IMG/VR virus record: IMGVR_UViG_3300023081_000042
Location: 1-37,445 of that record
Origin: a virus
Taxonomy: Duplodnaviria; Caudoviricetes
Direction: 5' to 3' (one strand)
Length of the DNA: 37,445 nt
In this document: positions 36,508-37,445 of the stretch, one piece after another
Position numbering within the stretch: position 1 is the first letter of the stretch
Layout of the letters: the number at the start of each line of letters is the position of its first letter
Position numbers and translations under genes: made by a program
Notes under the pieces: generated by a model
What the model saw: the letters and a program-made list of their open reading frames with translations, nothing else
What the model was told of the DNA's origin: nothing
Databases searched by the model: none

Positions 36508-36542
36508 TAAAAAAGGGGACCGATCAAAAGACCGATCCCCTT
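36508..36542 (-). terminator. Rho-independent terminator of leftward early operon
   Basis: Minus strand GGGGATCGGTC-TTTT-GATCGGTCCCC-TTTTTT. Confidence 0.8.
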
Positions 36543-36563
36543 GGGTTTGGGTTTGGGTTTGTG

Positions 36564-36659
36564 TCAGATCCCGTAAAGGATACCAATGGCAAACCGTGTC
36601 AGAAAGTAGGCAAAGCCGACGATCATTCCGACCGTCATAATCTTTTCGGAGCGTGTCAT
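36564..36659 (-). CDS. 31-aa membrane peptide MTRSEKIMTVGMIVGFAYFLTRFAIGILYGI
   Basis: Starts 2 nt after upstream stop; followed by terminator. Confidence 0.55.
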   Translation of the reverse strand: MTRSEKIMTVGMIVGFAYFLTRFAIGILYGI

Positions 36660-36661
36660 CG

Positions 36662-37330
36662 TTACACCGTTTTGATTTTGCTTTTCTGTGAACCGTGAAC
36701 AGGAAACCCAATAGCGTAGGAGCGATCCGCGCGCGCACAGAGTCCGCACGTTGCGCAGGATACGTCCTCCCGTACTGTAGCAGGGCAGCGTACTACGCGC
36801 GCACCGTTGGGCGTGTGAGATACTTTCGGAGCGTCTTCCGGAAGCAATGTGACAACGGGCAATTGAAGCGCAAGGTATTGGTCCGCTTGCTCCAATGAAT
36901 CCGCTGACAGGTTAACCGTGAAACCGTTGCGGTTTGCTTCCGCAATGTGCTTTCCGTTGTCCGCCTTGAACGGATCGCAATGCGTATATGTGAAACCGTT
37001 CTTCCGCTTGTTAGCCGTTACGATATCCGCAAGAGCTTTTCCCGCAATGATACCGCCAACGTTGGGCAGATCGCCCGCGATATTGTGCCGCCACATTGTG
37101 CCGATTGGAAGCTTGCGCACGTTGTCAAGAAAGCCTTTCCAGTCTGTGCCACGCTCCTTTGCCGTTACCTTGTCCCAATGCGTCCGCGTATAATATCCCG
37201 CGTCCGCGTAACAGCCATTTCGGTTTAACGGGCATTCGGGCGGGCACGTAGACCGCTCCGACGTTGTGACGGGGATGGGTCCCGTTTTCTTGTTGCTTGA
37301 AACCCGTGTAAATGCGACTTGCCAAGCCAT
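36662..37330 (-). CDS. Cys-cluster phage protein (Gp88-like, possibly Fe-S/radical-SAM-related)
   Basis: CPPECP..GCYA, WRHNIAGDL, FTYTH, VNLSAD, CPA..SCATCGLC. Confidence 0.75.
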   Translation of the reverse strand: MAWQVAFTRVSSNKKTGPIPVTTSERSTCPPECPLNRNGCYADAGYYTRTHWDKVTAKERGTDWKGFLDNVRKLPIGTMWRHNIAGDLPNVGGIIAGKALADIVTANKRKNGFTYTHCDPFKADNGKHIAEANRNGFTVNLSADSLEQADQYLALQLPVVTLLPEDAPKVSHTPNGARVVRCPATVREDVSCATCGLCARADRSYAIGFPVHGSQKSKIKTV

Positions 37331-37396
37331 GATATTTTCCGATTGATTGAAGTGAACGGGCCAAAGGTAGGCACGGGCTGCCCATCAACCAAATGA

Positions 37397-37440
<44 letters not shown>

Positions 37441-37445
37441 GCCTA

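Noticed and set aside
36543-36560. (GGGTTT)3 telomere-like or G-quadruplex repeat
   Set aside because: Only three adjacent G-tracts; the fourth belongs to the terminator stem

Overview
The window reads as an essentially complete ~37.4 kb siphovirus-like tailed phage genome, apparently circular and opened inside a low-complexity repeat. It has a short leftward early operon spanning the window junction (C5-methyltransferase-like and Cys-cluster proteins). A rightward early/replication operon follows (SSAP-like, replication initiator, XRE HTH, RecE-like exonuclease, resolvase, DnaA-C-like HTH, DUF1599-like protein, two glycosyltransferases). A long leftward late region runs terS, terL, portal, scaffold, capsid, head-tail, tail tube, frameshifted chaperone, tape measure, tail proteins, lipoprotein, fibres, lysis. 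No integrase or DNA polymerase is visible. The SSB resembles Rhodothermota SSBs (recalled, not searched). The most striking element is a 77-nt RNA gene at 35276-35352 that has the tRNA-like domain of tmRNA (G3.U70 Ala acceptor stem, stemless D-loop, P2a helix, T-arm) but no mRNA-like domain; it sits in a cluster of RNA hairpins. Also notable are a four-copy promoter-like motif, one copy pointing into ORF-free DNA, and apparent absence of TCGA and CTAG. All family assignments come from motif recognition by eye, with no database searches.
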